Assembly (NCBI GenBank): GCA_964016885.1
Contig: OZ024743.1
Location: 167,400,001 to 167,464,000 of the forward strand
Reading direction: 5' to 3'
Length of the DNA: 64,000 nt
Source of the DNA: Eledone cirrhosa
Taxonomy: Eukaryota
Shown: in pieces, positions 39,128-52,759 of the stretch
Numbering within the stretch: position 1 is the stretch's first letter
How the letters are laid out: each line of letters starts with the position of its first letter
Notes under the pieces: generated by a model
Told to the model about the DNA's origin: nothing
Database searches by the model: none
The model's input: the letters and a program-made list of their open reading frames with translations, nothing else
Position numbers and translations under genes: made by a program

Positions 39128-39796
39128 TACATATACTGAAAATTTACTCAGCAATCTGTCCACTATTAATGGTGCTATAAACATTTATATTAACAAACCT
39201 ATTTTCAAATAGAAGAAAGAAGAGGAGGAGGAAAGAAAGAGATTATAATGACACTAACTTGTGACAGTTGAAAACCAAAATCCGAATACTTTCATCGGTG
39301 ATGTTCAAACAGAAGCTGATATTGAGATACTTGAGGGAGTGACACTTGAAAGCTATTGTCACCAAACCAACATTGTGTAACCATGTACAATGAGAGAGGT
39401 TCAAATGTGTAAGGTGTAGACAAGTGGTGGACAGTGTCAGCAGAACACGATCAGACAGGGAATTGCAGGTTTTGAAAGAAACTTTTGAAAGACGTGGGTT
39501 ACGTTCAATGAGATAAATTAGAGTATTCTCGCTGACACACTCAGTGCAGTTCTTGAGATTGAGGTATGTCAGATTCTGTGAGTTTTCTATGATAATGCTG
39601 AATGCTGTTGAAGTGATTTGATCAGAGACGGTAGATATGTCCAGTTGTTTTAGTGAGCTGAAATAACCTTCAGCTAGTCTCTTACATAGAGAATTCACCA
39701 AACGTAAAGAAAAAAGATCTTTGATGCTGAGATATGGGAGCACCTGCTTCCATAAGATGTCTTGCCATGGCAGGTCAAGGAAAGTTTTTTCACAAT
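31220..39796 (-). CDS. FBXL15: F-box/LRR-repeat protein 15. Coding exons 39796-39259, 34529-34398, 31385-31220 (stop); start exon uncertain
   Basis: F-box FLDLPWQDILWKQVLPYLS (human FLDLPWEDVLLPHVL, recalled) followed by cysteine-containing LRRs (RNPRLSKVSFKTC, LNLSHCTW, ACPELIHLDIRGCYRL, YCKSLRVLKAKNCHHI, IRIDV). Canonical AG/GT sites; phases join 2/2. Confidence 0.9.
32694..33870 (+). mobile_element. Decayed mariner transposon in an FBXL15 intron
   Basis: WVPR, VFWD, HQDNAPAH and YSPDLAPSDYHLF motifs in broken frames. Imperfect TIRs cgagtgtgggttgaaaacttcataagctga / tcagccgatgaacttttcaactgacccttg, followed by TA on the right. Confidence 0.9.
35490..38082 (+). mobile_element. Near-full-length decayed RTE LINE (APE relic with internal deletion, RT, PHD-like finger, 3' UTR, (GAT)n tail)
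   Basis: CVQE, GVGIML, GKAAGP, MQFGF, DLEKAFDRVP, GVHQGS, LYADD, CSVCRKGVG, GRLYDAC, with many stops and frameshifts. Confidence 0.92.
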
Positions 39797-40109
39797 CTGA
39801 AAATTATTTGGAAAAAATAGAGAAAATTATATACAGAGAGGGGGAGAAGAGAGAGAGCGGATAGATAGAGAAAGAGGGAGATAGAGAAAGAGTAAAATTA
39901 TGGTGATGATCACAATTTATTTCATATATAATTTTAGAAGGTAAGGTAGGTAAATTTGAATATGTATGTATATAACACCTGATGTAGTCATTGGGACACT
40001 GTCATGACATACAGTATGTCTTGGGTATATTAAACCTAATGTAGCCCCCCCCCCCCCTCTGGTCTGAACACAGCTGATTTGTTCCATAAAATGAAATATA
40101 TATATATAT

Positions 40110-42890
40110 CGGTAATCTCAGTGAACAGAGTGAGCGCAAGAATCATTTAACTCAGGCTAGTCCTGAAATAAACAAGTTACAATTATATCTGCAAATGGAT
40201 TGTCAGACAAACTCAAAGATAGGTTTTACGAGTCCCTAATGCACACTACCACTCTGACAAACGACAATGACTTATCAATCATTGCAAGGGACTTTAACAG
40301 ACACTTTGGGAAACACAGTGACTGCTTCTACAGAGTCCATGGAGGCTACAGGTTTGGCACAAGAAATGAAGAAGGTTACAGGCTTCTAGAATTCTGTGAC
40401 ACCAATGACCTGTTGATATGTAACAAAAACTTCAAAAAACCCGACAACCACCTGATCACCTATAGATCCAGGGAGCATTCTAGTCAGATAGATTTTATTT
40501 TTACCAGAAGACAAGATAGATAGACAGTTCTAAACACGAAAGCCTTCCCTGGCAAGGAATGTACCTCCCAATATAACCTAGTAGTCAGCGACCTCATTGT
40601 CAAAGCTAGACAAACCTGGAAACAGAAGGCAACCTGGAGAAGAAAGATATGGAAGCTGAAAGATCCTTCAGCCAGTAACATATTTAGAGATATTTTACTT
40701 GCCGCCTATGACAGTAAAGAAGAACAGATAGAGACATTCGATATAGATCACTGGGACTTCCTAAAAAATAACCTACTAACAGTTGAGATTTGTGGGTGGA
40801 GCAAGACTACAAGGAGAAAGTGAGTGACTTGGTGGTGGCACAATAAGGCAGATGAGACAGGCATGGAAACAATGCAAGAAGAGAAGCAGGATACATTACA
40901 TAGAGCCTAGGAGGGAAGCTAGATGACAAGTATACTTAGCTAGAAAGGAAGCAGAGGATAAAAAAATTCAAGCATGTTTTGCAGCACGAGGACCAGAAAC
41001 AGGTGTCAAAAAGAAAGCTGCACGGAAGAGCCATTATGATAGATTGCTAAATGAGGAAAATGCAAGGGAGAAAGAGACTCTACCCGAAGTGGACCCTATA
41101 GAGAGACCCACAGTACAAGTAAGGCAATTAAAGATATGAAGACTGGGAAGGCAGCTGGGCCATTGGGAATAGTTGCAGAGATGCTAAAAGCATCTGGGTC
41201 AGTAGGTCACAGCATAACCGCGCATATTGTAAACCAAGTAATACTAGATGACATCATACCAAATGATTGGCGCAGCAGCATCATTGTCAACTGCTACAAG
41301 GGTAAAAGAGATGCACTAAATAAAGGAAACTCTAGAAGTATAAAGCTGTTGGACCAGGTCATGAAAGTAACAGAAAGAGTTATAGCACAGTTGATTAGGG
41401 ACTGGGTAAATCTATGATATGCAGTTTGGATTTCTGCCAGGTAAAAGCGTCACTGATGCTCTCTTCCTAGTGAGGCAGTTACAGGAAAAGTACCTAACTA
41501 AAAGTAGGCCACTCTACCTGGCATTTGTCGATCTGGAAAAAGCTTTCAATAGGGTGCCCCATGCTATAATCTGGTGGGCTCTGAGAAAATTAGGAGTAGA
41601 TGAGTGGCTTGTGTAGACTGTGCAAGCCATGTATAGAGGAGCAGTCAGCAAAGTTAGGGTTACTAATGACTATAGCGAGGAATTTAGCATACAGGTTGGT
41701 GTCCACCAGGGCTCTGTTCTCAGTTCTCTCCTGTTTATCATCGTACTACAGGCTATAACAGAAGAGTTTAAGACTTGCAGCCCTCTGTACGCAGATGATC
41801 TTACACTCATAACAGAATCTATGGAATCCAAACATGAAAACAGGGTCTAGAAACAAAGGGTCTTAAAGTCAACCTGACAAAGACTAAGGTCCTAGTAAGT
41901 AGAAGAGAAAACAGAACCCTGATTCTCCCAGGAAGATGACCTTGCTCAGTATGTAAGAAAGGTGTAGGTAGAAATTCTATTCTCTGTCCCAAATGCAAAT
42001 TATGGGTACATAAGAGATGTAGTGGGATTTCAGGAAGTTTAGTTAAGAATGTAGGCTTTACATGTAGCAGCTGCACCAGGACAGTAAGCAGCAAATGACC
42101 ACAGGAAACAAGCTCGGTAGAAACAGTAGATAGCTTCTGCTACCTAGATGACTGAAATATCAGTGGAGATGGGTGTTCTGAAAGTACAGTAGCCAGAATA
42201 AGAACGGGATGGAAGAAGTTCAGGGAGCTACTACCACTGTTAGCTACAAAAGGCTTTTCCCTCAAAATGAAAGGCAGACTGTATGATTGCGTGCATACAA
42301 ACAGCAATGCTGCATGACAGTGAGATCTGGGTGCTGTGTGCAGAAGACTTGCGTAGATTGGAAAGAAATGAAACTTGCATACTCCGATGGATGTGTAATA
42401 AACGAACTGAACGAGAAACTAGGCATAAGAGGAATCAAATGCTGTGTGCAGAAGAGGAGACTGCGTTAGTATGGACATGTGATGTGTATGGAGGATGACA
42501 GCTGTATAAAAACGTGCAGAACGCTCAAAATCGATGGGAGCCTTGAAGTAGGGAGACCCGGGAAGATTTGGAATGGTGATAAAAGCTTACTTTGCCCAAT
42601 TGCATCTCTCAAAGGTCATGACACAGAACCTAACTCCCTACAAGCACAGGCCGAAGCTGAAGCATATATACAGTATGCACCACCCTCCCATACATCTCCC
42701 ATGATGATAGTACGAAGTATGCATCTAGTGAAGCCTGCAGTCCACACTGCAAAGTGGTCATGATGGTGACACGCAAACAGCGCCCAACCCAGACTGTAAA
42801 GTAGTCGTGTTGCATTGCCCACAACAGGACAACCCGTCTAACCCATGCTAGCATGGAAAAGTTGGTGTAAAACGGTGATGATGATGATAT
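40110..42890 (+). mobile_element. Second decayed RTE LINE
   Basis: APE (DFNRH, RNEEG, QIDFI), RT (GKAAGP, QFGF, DLEKAF, HQGS, YADD) and C-terminal motifs; (GAT)n tail. Confidence 0.9.
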
Positions 42891-43609
42891 ATATGTATAT
42901 GTATATATCTCCAGTACTCAACTGGTACTTTTTTATCAACCTCGAAAGAATAAAACTCAACATTGACCTCACCAGGATTTGAACTCAGAGAACCAGAATG
43001 AATTCAGCAAAGTATTCAATCCAACATTCTAATGAATGCCAATTCACCACCTAGTTATTAGATTTAAATAATTGCACTCTAATTTATTAGTGTGTGACTA
43101 TATTTTAACTTTAGTCAATCTAGCTGAAAATAAAAGAAGACTGAGAAGAAACTCAAATCCAAAGACACATCATCATCACCATTGTTTAATATCTGCTTTC
43201 CCTGCTCGCTAGCATTGGAAAGATCATTCAGCAAACCAGGTTGGTATGCAAAGCAAAAGTACTGATCTAATTTCTGCAACCTATCAAGTGTCTGGAGTGA
43301 CTGCCAGCCTGTAACTCACTTTAATACAATTCTACATACTACCAAACACATTTTTTTGTGACACAAGCACTAGGAAGGGTGTCATACCCTTGACCCAGCA
43401 GGAGAGTCTTCCCAACCCTTTGACAGATTTTCTACGGCTAGATGCCATAGAGTGTACTGGATGTGTTTATCAGCAAAATTAGGAAGGTCGTCATGTCTTT
43501 GGCACAGCTGAAAATTCTTCTCGACTGTTTGCTTAGAAGATTTTCTATGGCTGGATGTTCTTCCTATTAGCACCCACTTTATAGAGTGCACTCAATGCAT
43601 TTATCATGT

Positions 43610-43830
43610 AAGACACATGGCCTAGTGGTAAGTGTGTAGGACTTACAATCATAACATTATAGGTTCAATTCTGGGCTGGATGGTGTGTTGTGTTCTTGAA
43701 CAAAACACTTCGTTTCACATTGCTCCAGTTTGCTCAGCCAGAAAAGAGTATCAGCAGTTGCTGGGGGTTTAACCCTATGATGGATTGGTGTCCTGTCCAG
43801 AGGAGAGTCTTGTACTCTTAGTTCTCCAGA
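43610..43830 (+). mobile_element. CORE-type SINE. Other copies at ~17670-17880, 33918-34040, 38400-38540 (-), 55325-55470
   Basis: tggcctagtggt (A box), ggttcaatt (B box), then the CORE-like tgtgt(c/t)cttga(g/a)caa(g/a)acactt..ttcacattgctccag. Confidence 0.75.
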
Positions 43831-44128
43831 CCTTTTATTTGGCAGGTTTTCTATTGCTGGGTGCCTTTCTTAACATCACCCACTTTATAGTCTACAGAGT
43901 GCTTTCATCATGGTAGCTCACTAACACCAGTGAGGTGACGTGACAGTCCCAATAAAAATAACATGCCATTGTAGGTGTATGTACTGTATATGTATGTAGT
44001 ATGTGTGTATGTATATGTGTATGTATGTATGTGTTTGTGTGAATAAAAAGTCAAATTTCTAGAGTCCAGTGAAACAGTCATACATTTACCTTTCAGAGGT
44101 GAAACTCACAATAGAATCTCTACATAGT

Positions 44129-44160
<32 letters not shown>

Positions 44161-44619
44161 CACAGAACCTTCATATACAGCCACTCAGACACAGAACCTT
44201 CAGTCACATACACACACAACCCAATTTCCACATACAGAACCACCACGTATAGTCACACAGAACCTCCGCAAACAGTCATACACAAAAAATCTTCACATAG
44301 TCACACACACACAACACCACCACATACAGTCACCCACAGAATACCATCACATACAGTCACCCTCAAAGAACCTTCATATATAGTCACACAGAAAATTTTC
44401 CATAACTCCTTTTCATCAAAAGATACCATGTAGCTATGAAAAAAAGTGTAAAAGAGACTTACTAGCAGGATTCAGTTGATCAGCTACCATATTGCCTGAG
44501 AACAGGGTAAAGCCTTTTTCCATTTAACAGATGAAACCTGAAATTAATAGACACGTATTCTTTAACCAAGCTGAGTTAATCTTTTTGATACCAACCTGCT
44601 ACTGGCCTTTCTATTTCTT

Positions 44620-45680
44620 CACCCACACATTCCTGAGATGGTTGTAGGGGCAGAGTTCTCAAACACTCCTTCCAGTGGGTCCTGTCAGAAGTATTCGTCT
44701 CTATTTAATCCGGCTGGATCCCCAAGAGAGACCAGCCAAGCTCATGGATGTTATCCAACCATCTTGTTCGGGGTCTACTGCCAGTTGGGTTTGCCCGTAA
44801 AATTTGTCCAGCGATTTTCTCCTGAGACATTCTAACCACATGCCCATAGTATCGGAGCTGTGATTGCTCAATTCGAAGAAGTAGCAGCTCTAACTGGAAA
44901 GCATCCAAAGTTAAGACATGGAAAGACTGGGGTTAAGCTGGAATCCAACTTCAGATATCAGCAAATAAAGTGTTCTGGTAGACCCTCCGCCAATTTCATA
45001 ATAAAAAGTCCTCCTCCACACCTGCTCTGAGGAACACGTCTGAGGGTCCTCCTCTCTTTAGAGTGGTGCAGAGAATATTTTGCTGATCTCCTAAACATGA
45101 TCACAAGAGCATTTTCTGATGTACACAAGATGCATCTCGACGGCTGAGGTCACAAGAACAGTTAAAGGGCTCAAATGTGGCAAGGCTGCTGGGGAAGATG
45201 AAATCCGGTCCGAGATGTTAAATGCCTTAAATAGAGAAGGTATTCTCTGCTGACTCATGTGCCCCAGGTGGCTTGGATATCTGGAAAGGCACCTAAACAA
45301 TGGCACTCAGGAGTATAATCCCAATTTAAAAAAAAAGTAGACAAGAGGGATTGCTTCAATTACAGAGGGATCTCCTTGTTAAGCCTCCCTGGTAAAGTAT
45401 ATGCTGAGTGTCTGGCAAAGGGAGATTGTCAAGTCCATGCTAGCTGATGATCAGTGTGGTTTTCAACCTGGATGCAGAAATTGTGGGAGTATTGCCAAGA
45501 GGTATATTCATGTTTTGTAGACCTCAAAAAGCATATGACAGCATTCCTCAGTACCTGCTGTGGGAGAATCTGCAGGAGAATGGATTGATGGTCAGCTTTT
45601 TGTTGCCCTGATATCTCTATATAAATGCCCGAGTATTTGTATTCAGATAGATAGCACTAAATTGAAACCGCCACAGGTCC
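44620..45680. mobile_element. Fragments of another RTE-type family (minus C-terminus 44620-44910, plus RT 44990-45670); further copies at ~50460-51040 (+) and ~54110-54340 (-)
   Basis: LLLRIEQSQLRYYGHVVRM..RPRTRWLD, GKAAGEDEIRSEML, NYRGISLLSLPGKVYA, VPTLTYGHKSWVMT. Confidence 0.75.
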
Positions 45681-48036
45681 TATGAAATAAATCCACCCAT
45701 TTTAAAAACTCCTACTTAAATAAAAACTTTTCAACATGGTTTTATATAACAACATTTGTTTATGTTACAAATATCATCTTAATGAAATTATAATTTTAGT
45801 AAATACTACCATATCTCATTTCATTTGGAAGGTCAGCAATCATCACCCATTGATCTGGCTGGATCTCCAAGCGAGACCAGCCAAGCTTATAAATGTTATT
45901 CAACCATTTTGCTCAGGGTCTACCCTTCGGTCTCCTGTCAGTTGGTTTTGTTTGTAATATCTGTCCAGAAAATGTTAGAGAAAACTGGGAAGTTAACTAA
46001 TGGTTAATGTCAGCAAAGTTTCCTCTTTTTCATCCTAGAAGCACCTTGCAGTGATGCCTGTCTGCAGCCTGCAATAATTTTACATCATGTAATCTGACTT
46101 GTCAATGGGAACTAAATTTACCAAAGACCAAACTAAGGATCCACTTTTCAACCCAAACACAGCTAAGGCTTCACTTATCATGAACATCTAATTGATTAGC
46201 CATACTTTCATGGCTATGAATCAGTTATGACATAGCTATCTGCACACATTAGATTGATAGATGTGATATTACTACAGGACTTTGTACCTTTTCTAACCAC
46301 TAAGTAACCAAGGTATGGAGAATTAATTAACATCATGTTTGTTAATTCAAATGATTAAATTTGCAGTAAACTAAAGTAACGACTTCAATTTTAATGTGAT
46401 GCAGTCATGGTGCTGTTTTGTACTTTACAAGAATGTGGTTTAATGTAGTACATGGTGTTAAGAGTTAGTCTATTGAGCAAATACACAATAAGGTGTGTCT
46501 GAAAAGGAATTAATCTCAAGACATTTGTGCTAGTAGTTCAATACCATATACATTTAGCTATTTGCCTCCAACAAAGGGTTGGGAGGACCCTTCAGTCATG
46601 TTAAAACTGACAACCTCCCTAGTGTTGGTGATCTACACAATGAAAGCTGGGAAGGGGTTGGTGGTAGGAAGGGCATCCAACCATAGAAAGCTTGCCAAAC
46701 AAAGGGTTGGAAGGACACTTCAGACCCCTTGGCCTGTCTGGGAGGTCAGTAGCCCTACTTCAGAACAAACTTGTTTTGTGTAGACCTGTCCAACCCTTTC
46801 TAGCAAGGAAAGCGGACGTTAAATGATGATGATGATGATGATGATGAAAGCAAATATTTATTTTTCCTACAGAAAGTTGAGTTAATTATCTGACAGTTTA
46901 TGATGTGTCCCACAGCTTGCTCTTGTTGAACTCTAGTGATCTTTTTCCAGAAAACTTGCAACCTATATTTGATAGCTTGATAAACAGAGGTAATGTAGAA
47001 TATACTTGCAGTGCATATGAAAGTTGGTATCCAAGAGTTCTTAATCTAATAGTTTGCCCACATAGTTATTTGTACTGTGACAGTGACGTGATTAAGATAA
47101 TATGGTGACGATGTCTAACAGAGATTATATGGTCGTTACAGCAACAATGATGACATATTAGAATGATGGCGACAATGAAGATCACCAAGATGACAAAAAT
47201 GATATTAAAGATTGCAGTGATGATGATTGTCCAGTCTTGACATTTGAGAATAAATGGTTTTTCAACTTCACACGAATGCACAACTTCCTAGAAACGGAAC
47301 TAATATAAAACCGTTGCAGGTTGCAGATAATGAAAAATAGAAATAAACAGTTCCAGTTCATCAGGGATGGTTTGTTATAGGGAAGAAAATAATGAAAAAT
47401 AAAAGAAAGATAAGGAAAGATTATATCATATATGTTGTAGAAAAATGTTATATTTTGTTTGATACTAATTAAGGCATCAGTGAATTTCAACAATCTGTCT
47501 AAGATTATTCTTCAATTAAATTTCAATAAAAACTTTCTTTGATATTGATGATGATTTCATAAACAATATCTTCCACATTGTTTTCTATGTTTATACCAGT
47601 CCCCAGTTTCATACACTTATTCATGTTATCACACTAATATTTCACTAGTTTAGTGTGGACATTATTCATCTAATCCCACTATTGTGAGCTGATTGCAGCA
47701 CCTGGTGGATGTCACATAATTGCTGTCTCATGAAAAACAACTAGTTTAAGCTGACACACATATTATAAGTCATTGATCTACACAGTACATTACTATACAC
47801 TATTTTTTGGCAATCATTTTATTAGTGGCATATCATAGAATACCTTGTTTTGGCAATTCATTTTACTAATTTGAAGTATCATCTTAGAATGTGTGTATAT
47901 GTTTCATTTCTCAACTTACTCATGCTTATGGAAGTAGATCTATTCCGCAAACCACCACCATAAATGAAACTTATGGGTCAGCCTGCCTTGTGGTCCTAGT
48001 CATCATATATAACAAGTCTCCATCTGACTGATTTAA

Positions 48037-49076
48037 CCCTTTAGAGTTCAAACCGGCCGATAACACCCACACTAAAATATTGTTCTAAAAATAAACAATA
48101 CCGTCATCAAAATCTCGTCAATTCGAGATTACTGCGAGATTAGGCCCTTACCGCGAAAATTAACACTTAATACAGTGAAACAACTTAAAACAACATGTGT
48201 TTCTTTAACATTGAAAGTAGAACAAATTTTTTGTGTATCAACATGGCTTGTGAAAGTAGCGATACTGACTTTGAAGGTTTTACACACGACGACATTCAGA
48301 ATGAACAAGAAACAAAAGATAATATTAGTGATTTATCTTCAAATGAATCAGATGTTTACATTTTTGAAATTTCATCCGACGATGATTGTTTTGAAAGTGA
48401 AAAGGAAGGAGGTCTCCAGGACACCATTGAAAATATTACAGCAACGTGGTTGAAAAATACCACACCAATATATGTTCCTGATTTTATTCAAAATACTGGT
48501 CTACAACACACATTAGCTCCCGATTCTAAAGTACTGGATTATTTCTTTTTGTGTTTACCACAAACTTTCTTCATGGTTGTGGCAGAAGAGATTAATCGAT
48601 ATGCCCAACAACAGATTTCAAATCGAGGAAAACCCGATCTGTTTGGTGACCGACAGGTGTTGCGGAAATGCAAGCATTTTTTAAAGTAAATATTATGTTC
48701 GGTATAAAACAATTTCCAAGACTGTGGAATTACTGGAGCACTGATATAAGGTTTAGTGATCCTTATATATCAAGTATTATGCCGAAAACAACGTATTTAA
48801 AATTAAACCAGTATTTGCACCTGGTTGATACTTCAAATGCCCCTATTAACTAATTTCACCTGCCCATAAAAGTCAAATTTAACCAAAAAAATCAGGTAAA
48901 ATTATATAATTGTAAATTATTGATATTTAAACATCTGACAAAATTTCAAGCCTGTACATAGAAAATTAAGAAAATTACAAACAAATAAAATTGATAACCC
49001 TCTTGATTGCGATTAACTGAAAATAATGTGAACAGATAAACATGACATTTGACAAATTAATGTGAATGCTAAAGGG
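48037..49076 (+). mobile_element. Internally deleted piggyBac (PGBD4-like N-terminal transposase relic, 48195-48853)
   Basis: TTAA|CCCTTTAG...CTAAAGGG|TTAA. Acidic N-terminus, LDYFFL, EEINRYAQQ, frameshift, then YWSTD, IMP...YLHL. Confidence 0.88.
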
Positions 49077-49474
49077 TTAATCCAAGTGCTGATAATGATG
49101 ATTTGCTAAGGTCACAGACTGAAAAATATTAGAGTGTGTGGACCCATTTTGTCCTTAGGGGAATAATCAACATAAATAGAATTGGCTTTAGTCAAAACCT
49201 GAAACTGGTTTGTAGGATTGGCTCAGGGGATCTTTAGCCATTTTCCCATGGCACTCTCTATCACTGTTTCTGAGGTTTGAAAATTAAGAAATTGTGGGCT
49301 TGAATGAAGAGACATAGAATGTTACCAGGACCAGTATAGTATGTTGAGGTCAAATATAGCCAATAATTTTCCAGGTTGTACAATGAAATTAAGTGAAATG
49401 GCTCAAATTGTGTTCAATTACATACACAAACATGAAACACTAAAATAAATAAATACTTTTTTAGCAGTATTGGT

Positions 49475-50027
49475 TATAGAGTAGTCGCCACTTTAACAGG
49501 GTAGATGATTGAAGGTCGTTAGTTGCCAGTGTGGTAAGTGATAGTATCCTCGTTGGATTATCTTGTTGACATAGACGTGAGGGAAGGTCCCTCGATCTAT
49601 TTACCATCTATTTACAATATACCTTTCGTCAGGTCGCCAATTCCAGCAGCATGGATTATAGATGTTATTGACACGAGTAACATAATAATGATTTCAACAG
49701 CAGTAATTAGAGATGAAATGTTTGTTTATTTTTGATGTAGTACAAACAATGTTTGTTAACTTATATGGTTGAAGTTACAGATAAAAAGAGGTTACAAAAG
49801 GGAATGTGCCATTGCGCCGTTAAGCCGGCGAGGCTAAGGTGCAAATCTCACCGTTACATTATGCGTGTTGCTGGCTTGAAGTTTCTGGTACAAGAGAGAG
49901 ATTCTTCAAATCTTCGCGGGGAATTTCTTCGTAGGGATACATCCTCTTCTACTGGCGCTGATTGGCTGAACTGAGCCAAATCACGCACAGAGAATGTATG
50001 TGAGCCCGCGGAATGTAGGTCACTACA
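49475..50027 (-). mobile_element. Possible solo LTR, next to a hAT-like end (~50060-50128)
   Basis: CpG-rich block ending ...cactaca on + (TGTAGTG on -) with a minus-strand AATAAA. No TSD found. Confidence 0.35.
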
Positions 50028-52759
50028 CTTTATTATTTTTTTTTGAAAAGTTTTGTATTGTATAGGTTCCGTGAAGAATTCAAAATATTTAGAGGGTTCC
50101 TCGGTTTTAGAAAGGTTGGCGACCACTGATTTAGAGTATAGTTTTTGTTTTACAACTATATTACATAATGATTTTTTACCCTTTCATCTGTTCTATAAAA
50201 TTTCAACAAGTTTCTTGAATTTTTCTTTACTTTTAGCAGACAACAATAGTGCCACTCCCAAATGTAACAAATTTTTATGAAACCTTGCCTTAAAAAACTT
50301 GGAAACAATTTAATATCACCAAATATTAAAGCATTAGGTAGATTTTTACAATTACACATGCCCGATCCACATTCAGTTAAGTAAAAAATTCAATATTCAA
50401 CATGCTCGTCCTCTCAAGGAAGCTTGCACAGTGCACTCTACATGTAAATGAAGTTGCACTGAAATAGGTAGAGAAGTTCATGTATTTTGGGGCTGTGTTC
50501 ACAAGTGATAGAAGGCTAAATCAAGTGCAAGAATTGCAGGAGCTTCAGCATTCAGTAATCAGAAGAGAAGTAGGTGTAAAAGCCAAACTCACTGTCTTCA
50601 ATTCAGTTTTTGTGCCAACCCTTACCTATGGCCATAAATCTTGGGTAATGACCAAAAGAATACGATCGTGAATACATGCAGCCAAAATGGGATTTCTCCA
50701 AAGGGTCTTTGGAGTAACATTACTCAATAGAGTGCATAGCTGAGATCAGAGTCACTCCAGGTAGAGTCGCTACTTCTCCGAATTGAGAGATCACAGCTCC
50801 AATACTATGGGTATGTGGTTAGAATGTCTAAGGAAATAATTGCTGGACAGATTTTACGAGCAAAACTAACTGGTAGGAGAACCAGTGGTAGTCCCCGAGC
50901 AAAGATGGTTGGATAACATCCATGAGCTTGGCTGGTCACACTTGAGGATCCAGCCAGATCAGTTGGAGACGGTTGCTTCTGACAGGACCTGCTGGAAGGA
51001 GTGTTTGAGGACTCTGCCCCCACAACCCGCTCAGAAATAAGTTAGAGAAAAAGAATGGGAGTAATGAAAGCTGAAAAGACAGCCATTGATGAACTATTGA
51101 GAAGTTGGCCCATAGCAGGCATGAGTAGACAGCTTTTATAGTCGTCCTCCATGCCAATAGACATAGCAGAAATGAGAACATACATTGCAATCTTCAGCTA
51201 TGACTTGTATTCCTAGCTGTTGTTTAGCCCAATCACCATAATAATTATCATCATCATTTCATGCCTGCTTTTCCATATTTGCATGGGTCCTTTCCAGCAC
51301 AGCACCCCTCCACATGTAACGCTCCTTTGTCATCTCCTCCATGATGTTCAGCATTTTGAGATCAGTTTTAACCAACTCTTCACAGGTTTTTATCAGGTTT
51401 CCTCTACTGTAACTTCTTTCCACTGGCATCTCCTGGCACTTCTTCACCCAATGAGCTGCTTTACAGGTTCTCTTGCTTCCCATTTTGTCTTTATCTTTTT
51501 TTTAATGCTTATTTTGCCTCCAGTTGGCCTTCCATTTAATTTTTTTAATTTAATTTATTTTTATATTCATTTATCTCTGCATATCTTATTTTTCGTTTCT
51601 CAACTGTAAGAAGTACTAGATACTTTCCCTAGTCAGTCATGGCTTACTAGCTCTATAAATTGATGAAATAAATAAATATGCATCACATGTCCTTACCAGC
51701 AGTCTTCTCTTTATCACACTACATCTGATTACTTTTATACTCAGTTCATCCATGCTACATCATTCATGTCAATCATGATCAAGCAGATCTATGTTCCTAA
51801 TATTCAGAGTAATTTCTAAGAAAGTCAGAGTGTGAGATCAGCAAGGTTTGGCTGCTATTTCTAGCAAGCTGAACCACCATATAGAGGCTCCTGTGTATAC
51901 AATTACTGTAGTTCTATGGTTCTATATTGACAGAATGTGAGTCTGCAGATGAAATGCTGATAATATTCTCATGTAATGCAAGATCTGCAAAATAGCCAGA
52001 TTCCATTTCTATACACCAGATATGATTTCATGTAATTAAAAAATTTAAATTAAAAAAAATATGTCAGTCCATCAGCTGTCATTTTTACTGATAACTAGTC
52101 AACCTTCCTCATAATTTTTACATCCATATTTCCATGTTTGCATGGATTTGATGGGTCAACCAATGCAGCTTTCCTCTAATTGTCACGTTTCTTTGTCATC
52201 TCCTCTGTAATGGGTTCGATGGGTCATCTCCAGTGCAGTTATCCTCTAATTGTCACGTTTCTTTGTCATCTCCTCTGTAGTGTTCAGCTCTTCAGTTGGC
52301 TAATTAACAAGCTGATAAATTAATAAATTGTCTAATTAAATAAAGTGGTTTGGTCTTGTAACATGATACCCTACCTCTAGAGAATGCATTCATAAACAAC
52401 CCCATCCCCATCCTACTTCTTCCAGTAAAAGAGATATAGGAAGACTATGAAGGAGGGTGACTGTGAAACATCATGAAATGGACAAAGATGGTGGAAAAGA
52501 TATAATTAACTGATTGACCAGGAAAAATGAAGCAGATGTGCACCTCATAGTGTGTTGCATGTACCCCCTCTTTCGGTTACAGATTGACCAGGAAAAATGG
52601 AGATGTGCATCTCATAGTGCAGCTGCACCTGCTACACCTACAGTCTTTTTAGGCTATGGATTCTGATGATGGTTATAACAAGTTCAATAATTAAATCAAA
52701 TATATCTTGTTAAAGAACAGATTAAAAAACTGATTAACTAATTAAGACAGATTGTCTAC

